Origin: Vulcanimicrobiota bacterium
GTDB lineage: Bacteria > Vulcanimicrobiota > Xenobia > Xenobiales > JADMJV01
Length of the DNA: 64,000 bases
Reading direction: 5' to 3'
Assembly (NCBI GenBank): GCA_050250895.1
Contig: JBFWNU010000002.1
Location: 631,659-695,658 of the forward strand
In this document: positions 45,598 to 54,919 of the stretch, piece by piece
How the letters are laid out: every line of letters begins with the position of its first letter
Position numbering within the stretch: position 1 is the stretch's first letter
Translations under genes and position numbers: made by a program
The notes under the pieces: model-generated
Told to the model about the DNA's origin: nothing
What the model saw: the letters and a program-made list of their open reading frames with translations, nothing else
The model's database searches: none

Positions 45598-47233
45598 CTC
45601 ACACCGCGATTCGGCGTAACCCCGGCGGTCTCAGCCGAGCCCGGCGGTCCAGCCCGCCCGGCTCGGCCGAGCGCCCGGCGGCCCACCTTCACCCCGCGAT
45701 TCTCGGGGTGAACCCCCGAAAACGACCTTCACCCCGCGATTTGTCGGGGTGAACCCCGCCGCAAGCCCGCCGGGTGCCCCAGGCCCGGCGGCCTCAGCCG
45801 GGCCCGGCGGTCCAGCCCGCCCGGCTCAACCCCGGCGCGATCAGCCGAGCGCCTGGCGGCCCACCTTCACACCGCGATTCTCGGGGTGAACCCCCGAAAT
45901 CGGCCTTCACCCCGCGATTTCTCGGGGTGAACCCCCGAAAACGACCTTCACCCCGCGATTCTCGGGGTGAACCCCGCCGCAAGGCCGCCGGGCGCCCCAG
46001 GCCCGGCGAAGCCCCGGCGGTCTCAGCCGAGCCCGGCGGTCCAGCCCGCCCTCGGCGCGATCAGCCGAGCGCCCAGCGGCCCACCTTCACCCCGCGATTC
46101 TCGGGGTGAACCCCCGAAATCGGCCTTCACCCCGCGATTTCTCGGGGCGAACCCCGCCGCAAGGCCGCCGGGCGCCCCAGGCCCGGCGAAGCCCCGGCGG
46201 TCTCAGCCGAGCCCAGCGGTCCAGCCCGCCCGGCTCAACCCCGGCGCGATCAGCCGAGCGCCCGGCGGCCCACCTTCACACCGCGATTCTCGGGGTGAAC
46301 CCCCGAAATCGGCCTTCACCCCGCGATTTCTCGGGGTGAACCCCCGAAAACGACCTTCACCCCGCGATTCTCGGGGTGAACCCCGCCGCAAGCCCGCCGG
46401 GCGCCCCAGGCCCGGCGAAGCCCCGGCGGCCTTAGCCGAGCCCAGCGGTCCAGCCCGCCCTCGGCGCGATCAGCCGAGCGCCCAGCGGCCCACCTTCACA
46501 CCGCGATTCTCGGGGTGAACCCCCGAAAACGACCTTCACCCCGCGATTTGTCGGGGTGAACCCCGCCGCAAGCCCGCCGGGTGCCCCAGGCCCGGCGGCC
46601 TCAGCCGAGCCCGGCGGTCCAGCCCGCCCGGCTCAACCCCGGCGCGATCAGCCGAGCGCCTGTCGGCCCACCTTCACACCGCGATTCTCGGGGTGAACCC
46701 CCGAAATCGGCCTTCACCCCGCGATTTCTCGGGGTGAACCCCCGAAAACGACCTTCACCCCGCGATTCTCGGGGTGAACCCCGCCGCAAGCCCGCCGGGC
46801 GCCCCAGGCCCGGCGAAGCCCCGGCGGCCTTAGCCGAGCCCAGCGGTCCAGCCCGCCCTCGGCGCGATCAGCCGAGCGCCCGGCGGCCCACCTTCACCCC
46901 GCGATTCTCGGGGTGAACCCCGCCGCAAGCCCGCCGGGCGCCCCAGGCCCGGCGAAGCCCCGGCGGTCTCAGCCGAGCCCAGCGGTCCAGCCCAGCTCAA
47001 GCCCGGCACGGCGGGCATTCTCGCGGTGAACCCCCCAGGCTGACCCGCCGAGGCCAAACCAGGCCAAACCAGGCCAGACCCGGCGAACCCCGGCAAGGCC
47101 GCCAGGCGCCCCAGGCCCGGCGAAGCCTCGGCGGTCTTAGCCGAGCCCGGCCGACCAGCCCAATTCCGGCTCAAGCCCGGCATTCTCGCGGTGAACCCCC
47201 AGGCCCAACCCGCCCGCCACGCCCGGCCGAGAC
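45598..47233. repeat. Hierarchical palindromic repeat array (REP/BIME-like)
   Basis: 16 copies of CCTTCACCCCGCGATT(T)CTCGGGGTGAACCCC in clusters of 2,3,2,3,2,3,1, separated by a repeated GC-rich ~100-120-bp block. Confidence 0.92.
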
Positions 47234-48139
47234 CTACCGAGCGTTACCTCCGCGCAGCGCGCGGAAGTAGTGGATGGTGGAGAGCTGCTTGAGGCACCAG
47301 GCCTGGTGAGAGGTCAGAGGCTCTTCGCTCAGCGGCTGGCCCGAGTCGAGGCCGAGCTGGTGGCGAAGGTAGCGTTCGAGGACACCTCCGAAGGCCGTCA
47401 GGCGGGCCCAGGCCAGGCGCGGCGGGTGGGTGCCCGTGGAGAAGCGGGTGCGTTGGCGGGGGTGTTTGCCGATGTAGATGAGGGCGCTGCGGGCTTTCGC
47501 TTCGGCCTGGGCCAGGGCGCCGGGGACATCGCAGGCCCGCGGGGGGCGTTTGACGTGATAACCGATGGCTTTATAGTTGTTGCGCGCTTTGAGGCCGAGG
47601 GCCATCAGGCGCAGGCCGATCTCCTGGTCCTCCCAGCCGTACTCGGTGAAGTCCTCGTCGAACAGGCCGGCTTCGAGCAGGTGATGTCGCTTGACCGAGA
47701 CGTTGCTGGTCCAGAAGAAAGAAGTCGAGATGTCGGCCATGGTGAACTTGGGCTGGGGGGGACGGACCGGCTCGGTGACGTGGTTGACCCAGCCGTTGAC
47801 GACGCATTTGTCGCATTCGTCATGGCTTTTGAGGTGCTCCTCGATAAGGTGGGGGTCGGCCAGCACGTCGTCGTCGATGTAGAGCATGACCCGGCCGGAA
47901 GAGTTCTTGATGCCGGTGTTGCGAGCGGTGGCCAGGCCCGAGTGGGGCTGGCGAACGTAGACCAGGGAGTAGGGGAGGTCGAGGCCTTCGGCCATTTCGC
48001 CGGTGCCGTCGGTCGAGCCGTCGTCGACCAGAACGACCTCGTAGCGGTCGGGCGAGACGGTCTGGTCGCACAGCGAGAGTAAGACTTTCTCGAGCACTCC
48101 TTTGCGGTTGCGGCTGCACAGGCCAACGGTGAGATCCAT
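47234..48139 (-). CDS. Glycosyltransferase family 2
   Basis: VDDGSTDGT, ARNTG, IDDD, FDEDF.EYGWED. Confidence 0.92.
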   Translation of the reverse strand: MDLTVGLCSRNRKGVLEKVLLSLCDQTVSPDRYEVVLVDDGSTDGTGEMAEGLDLPYSLVYVRQPHSGLATARNTGIKNSSGRVMLYIDDDVLADPHLIEEHLKSHDECDKCVVNGWVNHVTEPVRPPQPKFTMADISTSFFWTSNVSVKRHHLLEAGLFDEDFTEYGWEDQEIGLRLMALGLKARNNYKAIGYHVKRPPRACDVPGALAQAEAKARSALIYIGKHPRQRTRFSTGTHPPRLAWARLTAFGGVLERYLRHQLGLDSGQPLSEEPLTSHQAWCLKQLSTIHYFRALRGGNAR

Positions 48140-48140
48140 G

Positions 48141-49016
48141 CTAATCCTTTCTCAGTTCGCGACGCCCGGCGCTGAGGTATTCGCGCTCGGCCAGAAGATT
48201 GCGGGCCCAGTTGGCCGCAGCCGGGCTGGGGGCCTGCTCGAGCCAGCGGCGATAGAGTCCGCGCAGGGGAGCGGCGGTAAAGAGTTCGTTGCGCAGGAAG
48301 TTGAGGGGGTGCAGCCCGCTGCGAAGCTTCATGGCCAAGGTGGGATAGCGGCGATACAGTTGGGCCGCGGAGCGCCCGTCGCGGGCGGCGAGGGTCAGGG
48401 TCTCTTCAGGGGTGAGGGGTGGCTTGAGGTGAAAGACGTAGCCCCGGTGGGTGAAGCGGCGTTTGACTCCGATGCGCTTGAGACGCACGCCCAGTTCGGC
48501 GTCCTCCCAGCGGTCGAATTTCTCGTCGAAGAGGCCGGCTTCGAGCAATAGCTCGGTGCGGAGCGAGGCATTGCTCGTGCACAGATAGTTCATGGAAAAG
48601 TGCTTCCAGAGATTGTCGGGCTCGGGGGGCAGGGGCAGGCTGGGGATGTTGATCACCGGGCCGCGCACCAGCAGGCGCATCTCGCCCTGGTGGCACTGGT
48701 GGTGATCGTAGAGCAAGTGGGGGGCCGGAAAGACATCGTCGTCGATGAACAGGCAGAAGCCTCCGGTGGCCTCGCGGATGCCGTGGTTACGGGCCGCGCC
48801 GGCTCCGGCATTGGACTGCTGGAGGAGGCGCAGGTGGTAGTCGACCTCGAGTTCGGCGGCTGCCTGGAAGCTGCCATCGGTCGAGCCGTCGTCGACCACG
48901 ATCACTTCGAACTGATCGCGGGCGTACTCCAGAGTCTCGAGGTAGCGCAACACCTCGAGCAGTGACTCGCCCCGGTTGAAGGTGGGGATGATGAGAGAGA
49001 ATTCCCGCTCGAACAC
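48141..49016 (-). CDS. Glycosyltransferase family 2
   Basis: IIPTFNR, VDDGSTDGS, ARNHG, IDDD, WED.ELG.R. Confidence 0.92.
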   Translation of the reverse strand: MFEREFSLIIPTFNRGESLLEVLRYLETLEYARDQFEVIVVDDGSTDGSFQAAAELEVDYHLRLLQQSNAGAGAARNHGIREATGGFCLFIDDDVFPAPHLLYDHHQCHQGEMRLLVRGPVINIPSLPLPPEPDNLWKHFSMNYLCTSNASLRTELLLEAGLFDEKFDRWEDAELGVRLKRIGVKRRFTHRGYVFHLKPPLTPEETLTLAARDGRSAAQLYRRYPTLAMKLRSGLHPLNFLRNELFTAAPLRGLYRRWLEQAPSPAAANWARNLLAEREYLSAGRRELRKD

Positions 49017-49092
49017 TTCGCTTGCGTTCCGGCCTCGGGCCCGAAATCCTGTCTGCTAGAGGCCTCCAGAGCACGGCGCAGAATATCCGCAG

Positions 49093-49560
49093 ATGAGAAA
49101 GCTGCTGCTTTTGACCCTCATTAGCTTCCTGTGCGGGTGCGGCGGGGGCGGTGGCTCGACCACCAGCGCCGAGAACAAGGAAGCCGAGTCGATGGCTGTG
49201 GCCGAGAAGTTCGGCAAAGCGTTGGCCAGCCAGGACCTCACCGGAGCCTACTCCATGACCTCGAGCTTCTATCAGAAGAAGGTGAGCCGCGAGGCGTTCG
49301 AGTCCGAGTTCGCCACCGCCACCAACGAGTACGGAAAGCCCACCGTGGTGACCGACACGGACATCGGCATATTGCCAATGACCGTCGAAGAGGCGGCCAG
49401 CGACTTTGACCTGGTCACCGAAGCTCCGATGGAGAGTTGGCACGGCTGGGCCTTCGCTACCTTGAGTAGCGAAAAGGGCGGCATGGATGTGCGCATGCTG
49501 GTCATCAAAGAAGGGGCAGACCTCAAGATCGACCATTTGGAGTATGCCTATCCCGACTAG
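49093..49560 (+). CDS. Putative lipoprotein
   Basis: Lipobox FLCGC followed by a Gly linker. Confidence 0.8.
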   Translation: MRKLLLLTLISFLCGCGGGGGSTTSAENKEAESMAVAEKFGKALASQDLTGAYSMTSSFYQKKVSREAFESEFATATNEYGKPTVVTDTDIGILPMTVEEAASDFDLVTEAPMESWHGWAFATLSSEKGGMDVRMLVIKEGADLKIDHLEYAYPD

Positions 49561-50458
49561 GCTGGCGGCCCGGCGAGAGCATCTGCACGGCACGTTTCAC
49601 CGCGACAACGCGGCGGTGCTGACCGTCGACCCGGGGGCGGTGGTCGACTTCGAGACCCTCGAGGTGGGCTGGCGTACCGAGCGCGTTTTGCCCGACCGCG
49701 AGTTGGCCCGAATCGTCTCGCGCGGCCAACTTGACGATGGGCCGGCCTTGACCGGTCCGGTGGCGGTGCGGGGGGCTCGACCCGGGCAAACCCTCGAGAT
49801 TCGCATGCTCGAGTTGGTGACCGAGGATTGGGGCTGGACTTCGGCCCATTTGGCTCAAGGCAGCGCCGGTTTGTTCTGGAGCATCGCCCACGGCCGGGCC
49901 ACCAATCAGTTTGGTCACCAGATCGAGGTGGCTCCCTTCCTGGGCACGGTGGGCATCGCCAGTCGGGATCGGGAGCGGCGCCCGGGCTGGTGGCCCCACC
50001 CGCGCACCGGAGGTAACCTGGACTGCAACCTGCTCACCGTTGGCAGCCGCCTGTTCTTGCCGATCGAGGTCGAAGGGGCTCTATTGTCGGTAGGGGACGG
50101 CCACGCTGCCCAGGGAGATGGAGAGGTTTCGGGCACGGCTATCGAATGTCCCATGCGCTCGGCTCGCTTGCAACTGGTGTTGCACGACCAGTCCATCGGC
50201 CGGCCGCGGGCTCTGGCCAGCGGTGCCTGGGTGACCTTTGGTCTAGCCGAGAGTCTGGATGAGGCGGCCAACATGGCGGTGGAGGAGATGATGGCCCTGA
50301 TGGAGGAGAAGATGGCCCTGGATCGTCCCCGCGCCATGGCTTTGGCCAGTTCTTTTGTCGACCTGCGGGTGACCCAGATGGTCAATCCCCTCAAAGGAAT
50401 CCATGCAATTCTGAAAACCAGTCTCATCAACGAAGGAGCCGTCCCGGTGGATGGCTAA
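49544..50458 (+). CDS. Acetamidase/formamidase family protein
   Basis: LTGPVAV.GA.PG, GGNLD, GDGHAAQGDGEVSGTAIE. Confidence 0.92.
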   Translation: MPIPTRLAARREHLHGTFHRDNAAVLTVDPGAVVDFETLEVGWRTERVLPDRELARIVSRGQLDDGPALTGPVAVRGARPGQTLEIRMLELVTEDWGWTSAHLAQGSAGLFWSIAHGRATNQFGHQIEVAPFLGTVGIASRDRERRPGWWPHPRTGGNLDCNLLTVGSRLFLPIEVEGALLSVGDGHAAQGDGEVSGTAIECPMRSARLQLVLHDQSIGRPRALASGAWVTFGLAESLDEAANMAVEEMMALMEEKMALDRPRAMALASSFVDLRVTQMVNPLKGIHAILKTSLINEGAVPVDG

Positions 50459-50482
50459 CAATTTCTTCGGGAGGTAATTGTC

Positions 50483-51250
50483 TTGGAAGAGAACGAACAC
50501 GATCTGCAAAACGAGAAGGCCAGCTTTCACCCTGCGCTCAACCCGAATATGGCCCAACCTCGGCCGGCCGACGAGCGGGCCGCCAAAGCTAACGCCGAAT
50601 TGCACGCTATGGGGGCGAGCAATCGAAAGGCCAACCAGACCCGAAACATTATCGGCTTGGTGTGCATCGTGTTGGCCCTCGGCGCCTTCAGCATGGTGGG
50701 ACGGTGCTCGCAGGGCGCGGTTTTGACCTCGCACTATGGCGACGCCCAGACGATGTACATCCAGCGGGTGAAGGGCCTCGGGTCGTATAAGAGCACTCAC
50801 CATTTCGACGGCGTGGTCAAAGAGATGGATCGCCTTTCCAGTCTAGCTCCCAAGTGGCCCGAGCCTCCCATGTATAACGCCAGCGTCAAACTGGTATCGT
50901 TCCAACAAGAGATGGCCCAGAAACGCGGCGCCAACTCCGAGTTGCTCGAAGAAGCCGCTGCTTATCTCGACGAATGCGATAAACGAGACCGAAAGTTTCC
51001 GCCGACCGCCTACTTTCGTGGAATGATCGCTTACATGCAGGGCGACGATAAGGGCGCCGAGACCTATCTCGACGAGTGTGCCGCCAAAGCCCGCGATTAT
51101 TATTCTGATAAGGCCTGGGCCGACGAGTGGATAGCCCAGTGCGAGGGCGCTCGCAAGGACATTCGCAAGGGCGAGAAGATGAAAACCAAGATCCGCTGCC
51201 TACCCACCCTGAAGATGTTGCCCAAGTGGCAGATCATCAACGGGGCCTAA
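50483..51250 (+). CDS. Single-TM protein with TPR-like domain
   Basis: GGGAGG RBS before TTG, one TM segment, AYFRGMIAY TPR-like helix. Confidence 0.7.
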   Translation: MEENEHDLQNEKASFHPALNPNMAQPRPADERAAKANAELHAMGASNRKANQTRNIIGLVCIVLALGAFSMVGRCSQGAVLTSHYGDAQTMYIQRVKGLGSYKSTHHFDGVVKEMDRLSSLAPKWPEPPMYNASVKLVSFQQEMAQKRGANSELLEEAAAYLDECDKRDRKFPPTAYFRGMIAYMQGDDKGAETYLDECAAKARDYYSDKAWADEWIAQCEGARKDIRKGEKMKTKIRCLPTLKMLPKWQIINGA

Positions 51251-51899
51251 AGTCGCGCATTTGGACCGTCACGGGGCCACGGGTGGCCAAAGCGGCTCGA
51301 TAGTCCCGAGGGACATCGAGTTCGTAAAGGTTCCAGCCCGGGCAGTTATGGAAGGCCGGCGTCTGGCGGTCGAGGTTGACCGAAAAAGCATCCAGGGGAT
51401 GGGACAACCCATCCCCTAATGCTTTGATATAGGCCTCTTTGCGGGTCCAGATGGTGAAAAACTCCTGGCTTTGCTCGGCGGGGGAAAGGGTCTCGAAAAG
51501 AGCCACCTCGTCGGCCGCGAAGAAGCGCCGGGCCAGACTGAGATACTCTACCGGACGCTCGGTGTATTCGACGTCGACCCCGAGCTGGGTCGTTCCCACC
51601 GCCATCAGCGCAAGCTGGTGGGCGTGGCTGAGGTTGAACTCCAGCCCACTCCCCACCAGTTGGGGCTTGCCGTATTCGGCCCGGCTCAGCTGCCACTGGC
51701 CAGCCCCCAGATAAAGATCCAGGATCGACTGCTGGGCAAAGTGAGACAAGATCAGCTGGTGTCGATCTTTGTCGAATAAAAAGCGGTCGGCCCGGGCCCG
51801 ATCTTCGGGGGTCAGGGCCGCGTAGCGGTGTTCGAGATCGTGGTCGGGCCGTAGCCAGATGCGCCAAACCTCGACGGTGCCGGGTTCGAGCCGAGTCAG
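51237..51899 (-). CDS. 4'-phosphopantetheinyl transferase (Sfp-type), probable CTG start
   Basis: YGKP, FNLSH, LGVDVE, WTRKEAYIKA.G.G. The open frame extends 5' of the tracked TTG with VEVWRI...LTPEDRARADRF. Confidence 0.85.
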   Translation of the reverse strand: MTRLEPGTVEVWRIWLRPDHDLEHRYAALTPEDRARADRFLFDKDRHQLILSHFAQQSILDLYLGAGQWQLSRAEYGKPQLVGSGLEFNLSHAHQLALMAVGTTQLGVDVEYTERPVEYLSLARRFFAADEVALFETLSPAEQSQEFFTIWTRKEAYIKALGDGLSHPLDAFSVNLDRQTPAFHNCPGWNLYELDVPRDYRAALATRGPVTVQMRDFRPR

Positions 51900-52861
51900 T
51901 GGTCTACCAGCGGCACGCTCAGGATGACCCGGTCGTAGATGCCGCCGAAGCGTTCGGCCACCAGGCCCGGCAACTTGTCGGGGGTTCCCCGCACGGCGAA
52001 GCGGGCTAGCAGGTCATCGTCGACTAAACTGGCCATCGTCTTCCACTCGCCCTGGCGCGAGAGTTTGTGGAGTTCTTCGGCCAGCTCATCCTGGCCGATG
52101 GCCTCGAGCACGCCCCGATACGCCGGAGTCGAGCCATAGAACGAGAGCTGCCGACGCACCAGCTGGTCGAGCATAGCCTGCTGCTGCTCGTCACCCGTGA
52201 TGGCGAAGAGGCTGCCCAGCACGGTGAAGTCGTCTCGCGGGCGGTCGGCCTTCTTGAGTCCGGCTTTGACCGCCGGCATGGTGACGTTCTTGAGGTATTC
52301 TGCGTTGGTGAACGGATGGAGGACCACGAAGTTGGCCAGCTCGGCCGCCAGCGCCGTCATCTTTTCACCCACGGCCGCCAACCCGATGGGAATGTCCGGG
52401 TGCTCGATAGGACCGGGATTGAAGAACGGGGTGAGCAGGGTGTGGCGATAATAATCGCCTTCGAAATTGAGCTTGTTGCCCGTCTGAAAGGCTTCCCAGA
52501 TGGCGCGCAGGGCCAGGATCATCTCACGCATCTGGGCCACGGGCTTGTCCCACGGCATCGAAAACCGCTTCACGATGTGAGCGCGCACCTGGCTGCCCAG
52601 GCCCAGCCAGAAGCGGCCCTGCGAAAACTCGGCCAGATCCCAGGCGGTCTGGGCCAGGGTGAAGGGGCTGCGGGCCAGGGCGATGGCCACGGCCGTGCCC
52701 AGCGTCAACTTGGGACTGGCCTCGGCTGCGCGTAAGAGGTGGAAAAAGGGGTTATGGCTGGTTTCGGTGACCCAAAGACCTGAAAAGCGCAACTGCTCGG
52801 CTTTGCGAGCGGCTGTATCTACACCCTGGAGGTTACCGCTATAGACGACATCGAGTTTCAC
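51896..52861 (-). CDS. LLM-class (probably F420-dependent) oxidoreductase, TIGR03617-like
   Basis: ETSHNPF, GTAVAIALARSP, AWDL...S.GRF.LGLGSQV..H...RFS, FYGSTPAY. Confidence 0.88.
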   Translation of the reverse strand: MKLDVVYSGNLQGVDTAARKAEQLRFSGLWVTETSHNPFFHLLRAAEASPKLTLGTAVAIALARSPFTLAQTAWDLAEFSQGRFWLGLGSQVRAHIVKRFSMPWDKPVAQMREMILALRAIWEAFQTGNKLNFEGDYYRHTLLTPFFNPGPIEHPDIPIGLAAVGEKMTALAAELANFVVLHPFTNAEYLKNVTMPAVKAGLKKADRPRDDFTVLGSLFAITGDEQQQAMLDQLVRRQLSFYGSTPAYRGVLEAIGQDELAEELHKLSRQGEWKTMASLVDDDLLARFAVRGTPDKLPGLVAERFGGIYDRVILSVPLVDH

Positions 52862-52887
52862 TCGATGACTGTTCCCGGATAGGGCTG

Positions 52888-53544
52888 TCAGTCCTCCCGG
52901 TAGTGGACGACCACCGGAGCCGTGTAGCTGCCCACCGAGTGTCCCGAGACCTCGGGTCGAAATTCGTGGTCGTAGCCGTCATGAACCTGGCGGCAGCGGT
53001 AATGCCCGTCCCAGTCGCGATCGCAGCGGGTGGTGTAGCGGCTGTCTACCTCGTGGTAGTAGCCAGCCAACTCTCTTTCAAGAACGGGCTTTTCTTGCCA
53101 TTCCAGCCGAACCCGATCCCCCATGGCATGGTTGGCTCCCAGGCCACCCCCCAACGCCCCGCCAGCGGCCGCACCCAGGCTCGCCCCGAGGCCGAGAGGC
53201 GAGTTGGTCACAGCGGCCGCGATGGTGCCCACCAGGGCCCCTCCGGCCACGCCAATCAGGCCCCAGCGGACTCCCGCCCAGAGGGCGCTGTCAGGGCTGG
53301 CCACGATGCGCTCGGTAACCGTCTCCATCGCCACCTTCCCGTCGCTGCCATAGACCGGCAGGTCGCGCCAGACCTCGCGGCCACGGCCTTCGCAGGCCCC
53401 CTGGTCGCAAGACGTAAAGTAGCGGTCGCGATGGGACGAGTAGGAGTGGTAATCGTAAGGAATGTTGCCCAGCTTGGTGCGCCGGGTGACGGGGCGGTCA
53501 TAGGTGACCTCGACATCGATTTTCTGGCGTCCGGCGATTCTCAT
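52888..53544 (-). CDS. Hypothetical glycine-zipper-like membrane protein (paralogue 2)
   Basis: Gly/Ala-rich hydrophobic hairpin. Similar to the adjacent gene. Confidence 0.75.
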   Translation of the reverse strand: MRIAGRQKIDVEVTYDRPVTRRTKLGNIPYDYHSYSSHRDRYFTSCDQGACEGRGREVWRDLPVYGSDGKVAMETVTERIVASPDSALWAGVRWGLIGVAGGALVGTIAAAVTNSPLGLGASLGAAAGGALGGGLGANHAMGDRVRLEWQEKPVLERELAGYYHEVDSRYTTRCDRDWDGHYRCRQVHDGYDHEFRPEVSGHSVGSYTAPVVVHYRED

Positions 53545-54164
53545 TTCGGTGTCTCTCCCTCACGATAGTGGACCACCCGCGGGGTCCGATAGGCAGCCAC
53601 AGCTTCGCGCTCGAGGCGCGGCGTGAACGTGTGGTAGTAGCCGTCGCGGCCGTCGAGGCGACCCGAGCGAACGGACTCCTCATAACCGATCATGCCTCGA
53701 TGGATGGCCGATTGGTCGTCCCACACCAGGGCTACCCGGTCTTGCGAAGCGCGATGGGCCCCAAATCCTCCCAGGGCGAGGCCCGAGACCAGACCCATGG
53801 CCACAGCTCCCAGGCCGGGCTGGCCGTAGAGCGATCCGATCAGAGCACCCGCGATGGCTCCACCAACGGCGCCGCCGGCACCCCAGCCCAGAAAGGCGAA
53901 GGTCGGGTCGGCAGGACGGGCTTCGATGTGGCGGGTGACGGTGCGCATCACGGGCTGGCCCTGCCCGTCGACCAGCAACTGGTCGCGCCACACCTCCCGA
54001 GGCAGGTTTTGGCAGGCCCCGTTCTGGCAGGGCACGTACGGTGAGTCGGCATTGGGGTTCTGGTCGAAGTAGTCCCGCGGCATCGTGCCCAGCAGTTCGC
54101 GTCCGGTGACCGGAAGCTGATAGGTGACGTCGCGGGAGATCGGCTCTCGACTGGTGATTTTCAT
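53541..54164 (-). CDS. Hypothetical glycine-zipper-like membrane protein (paralogue 1)
   Basis: Shares VTY..PVT....LG..P.DY, C..GAC, REVWRD, DRV.L.W and P.VVHYRE with paralogue 2. Confidence 0.75.
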   Translation of the reverse strand: MKITSREPISRDVTYQLPVTGRELLGTMPRDYFDQNPNADSPYVPCQNGACQNLPREVWRDQLLVDGQGQPVMRTVTRHIEARPADPTFAFLGWGAGGAVGGAIAGALIGSLYGQPGLGAVAMGLVSGLALGGFGAHRASQDRVALVWDDQSAIHRGMIGYEESVRSGRLDGRDGYYHTFTPRLEREAVAAYRTPRVVHYREGETPK

Positions 54165-54277
54165 AGCGTACTCCCCAATTCGAGGGCAGCCTACCAGAGG
54201 CAGGCTACGGGCCTATGAACAGGTTGTTGCCGTTTGCCGGAAGGTGTCCAAGGCTTTGAAGCAGTAAGTGCCTCTGC

Positions 54278-54919
54278 ATGCGCGCTTTGTTGCTCACCCT
54301 TCTGTTGGCCCTTCCGGCCCTGGCCCAGGAGGGGCATCATCATCACCACGATTTTCGCGAGGTGGAAAAGTGGGTGCGGATTTTCGAGCAGTCGGGTCGC
54401 AACGATTGGCAGAAACCAGCCGAGGTGGTGGCCTTTCTCGCACTCCAACCCGGACAAACCGTGGCCGACATCGGCGCCGGCTCCGGCTATTTTACTCGCC
54501 ATTTCGCTCGCGCGGTCGGGCCGCAGGGGAAGGCCCTGGCGGTCGAACTCGAGCAGGCCTTTTTTGGCCCCATTCGTGAGTTGGCCAAAGCCGACGGGCT
54601 CGACAACGTCGAGCCACACCTGGCCAGTCCCGATGATCCCAATCTCGAGCCGGAATCGGTCGACCTGATCTTTCTCTGTGACACCGCTCACCATATCGAC
54701 CATCGCATCGAATACTACCGTAGTCTCAAGAAGGCGCTTAAACCGGGTGGCCGGGTCGTGATCGTCGACTTTTTCAAGAATCGCTCTCTGCCCGTCGGCC
54801 CGAGCCCCGAGATGCGCTTGTCCTGGAGCCAGACCTGCTATGAGCTCGGCCAGGCAGGTTTTTCGACCACCGTCAACAGCTCGCTGTTGCCTTATCAATA
54901 TATCGTGGTGGCCCGGTGA
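54278..54919 (+). CDS. Class I SAM-dependent methyltransferase with signal peptide
   Basis: VADIGAGSGYFT, LKPGG. Signal peptide followed by HHHHH. Confidence 0.9.
   Translation: MRALLLTLLLALPALAQEGHHHHHDFREVEKWVRIFEQSGRNDWQKPAEVVAFLALQPGQTVADIGAGSGYFTRHFARAVGPQGKALAVELEQAFFGPIRELAKADGLDNVEPHLASPDDPNLEPESVDLIFLCDTAHHIDHRIEYYRSLKKALKPGGRVVIVDFFKNRSLPVGPSPEMRLSWSQTCYELGQAGFSTTVNSSLLPYQYIVVAR

Noticed and set aside
45774-47183. Pro/Arg-rich ORFs in the palindrome array and the 5' extension of ORF 44571-45692
   Set aside because: These are products of stop-poor GC-rich repeats. The HTH match places the real start at 45394.
45598-47233. CRISPR array (repeat resembles type I-E palindromes)
   Set aside because: The intervening sequences are themselves repeated and fall into two very different lengths (~9-10 and ~100-120 bp). 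There are no unique spacers and no cas genes in the window.
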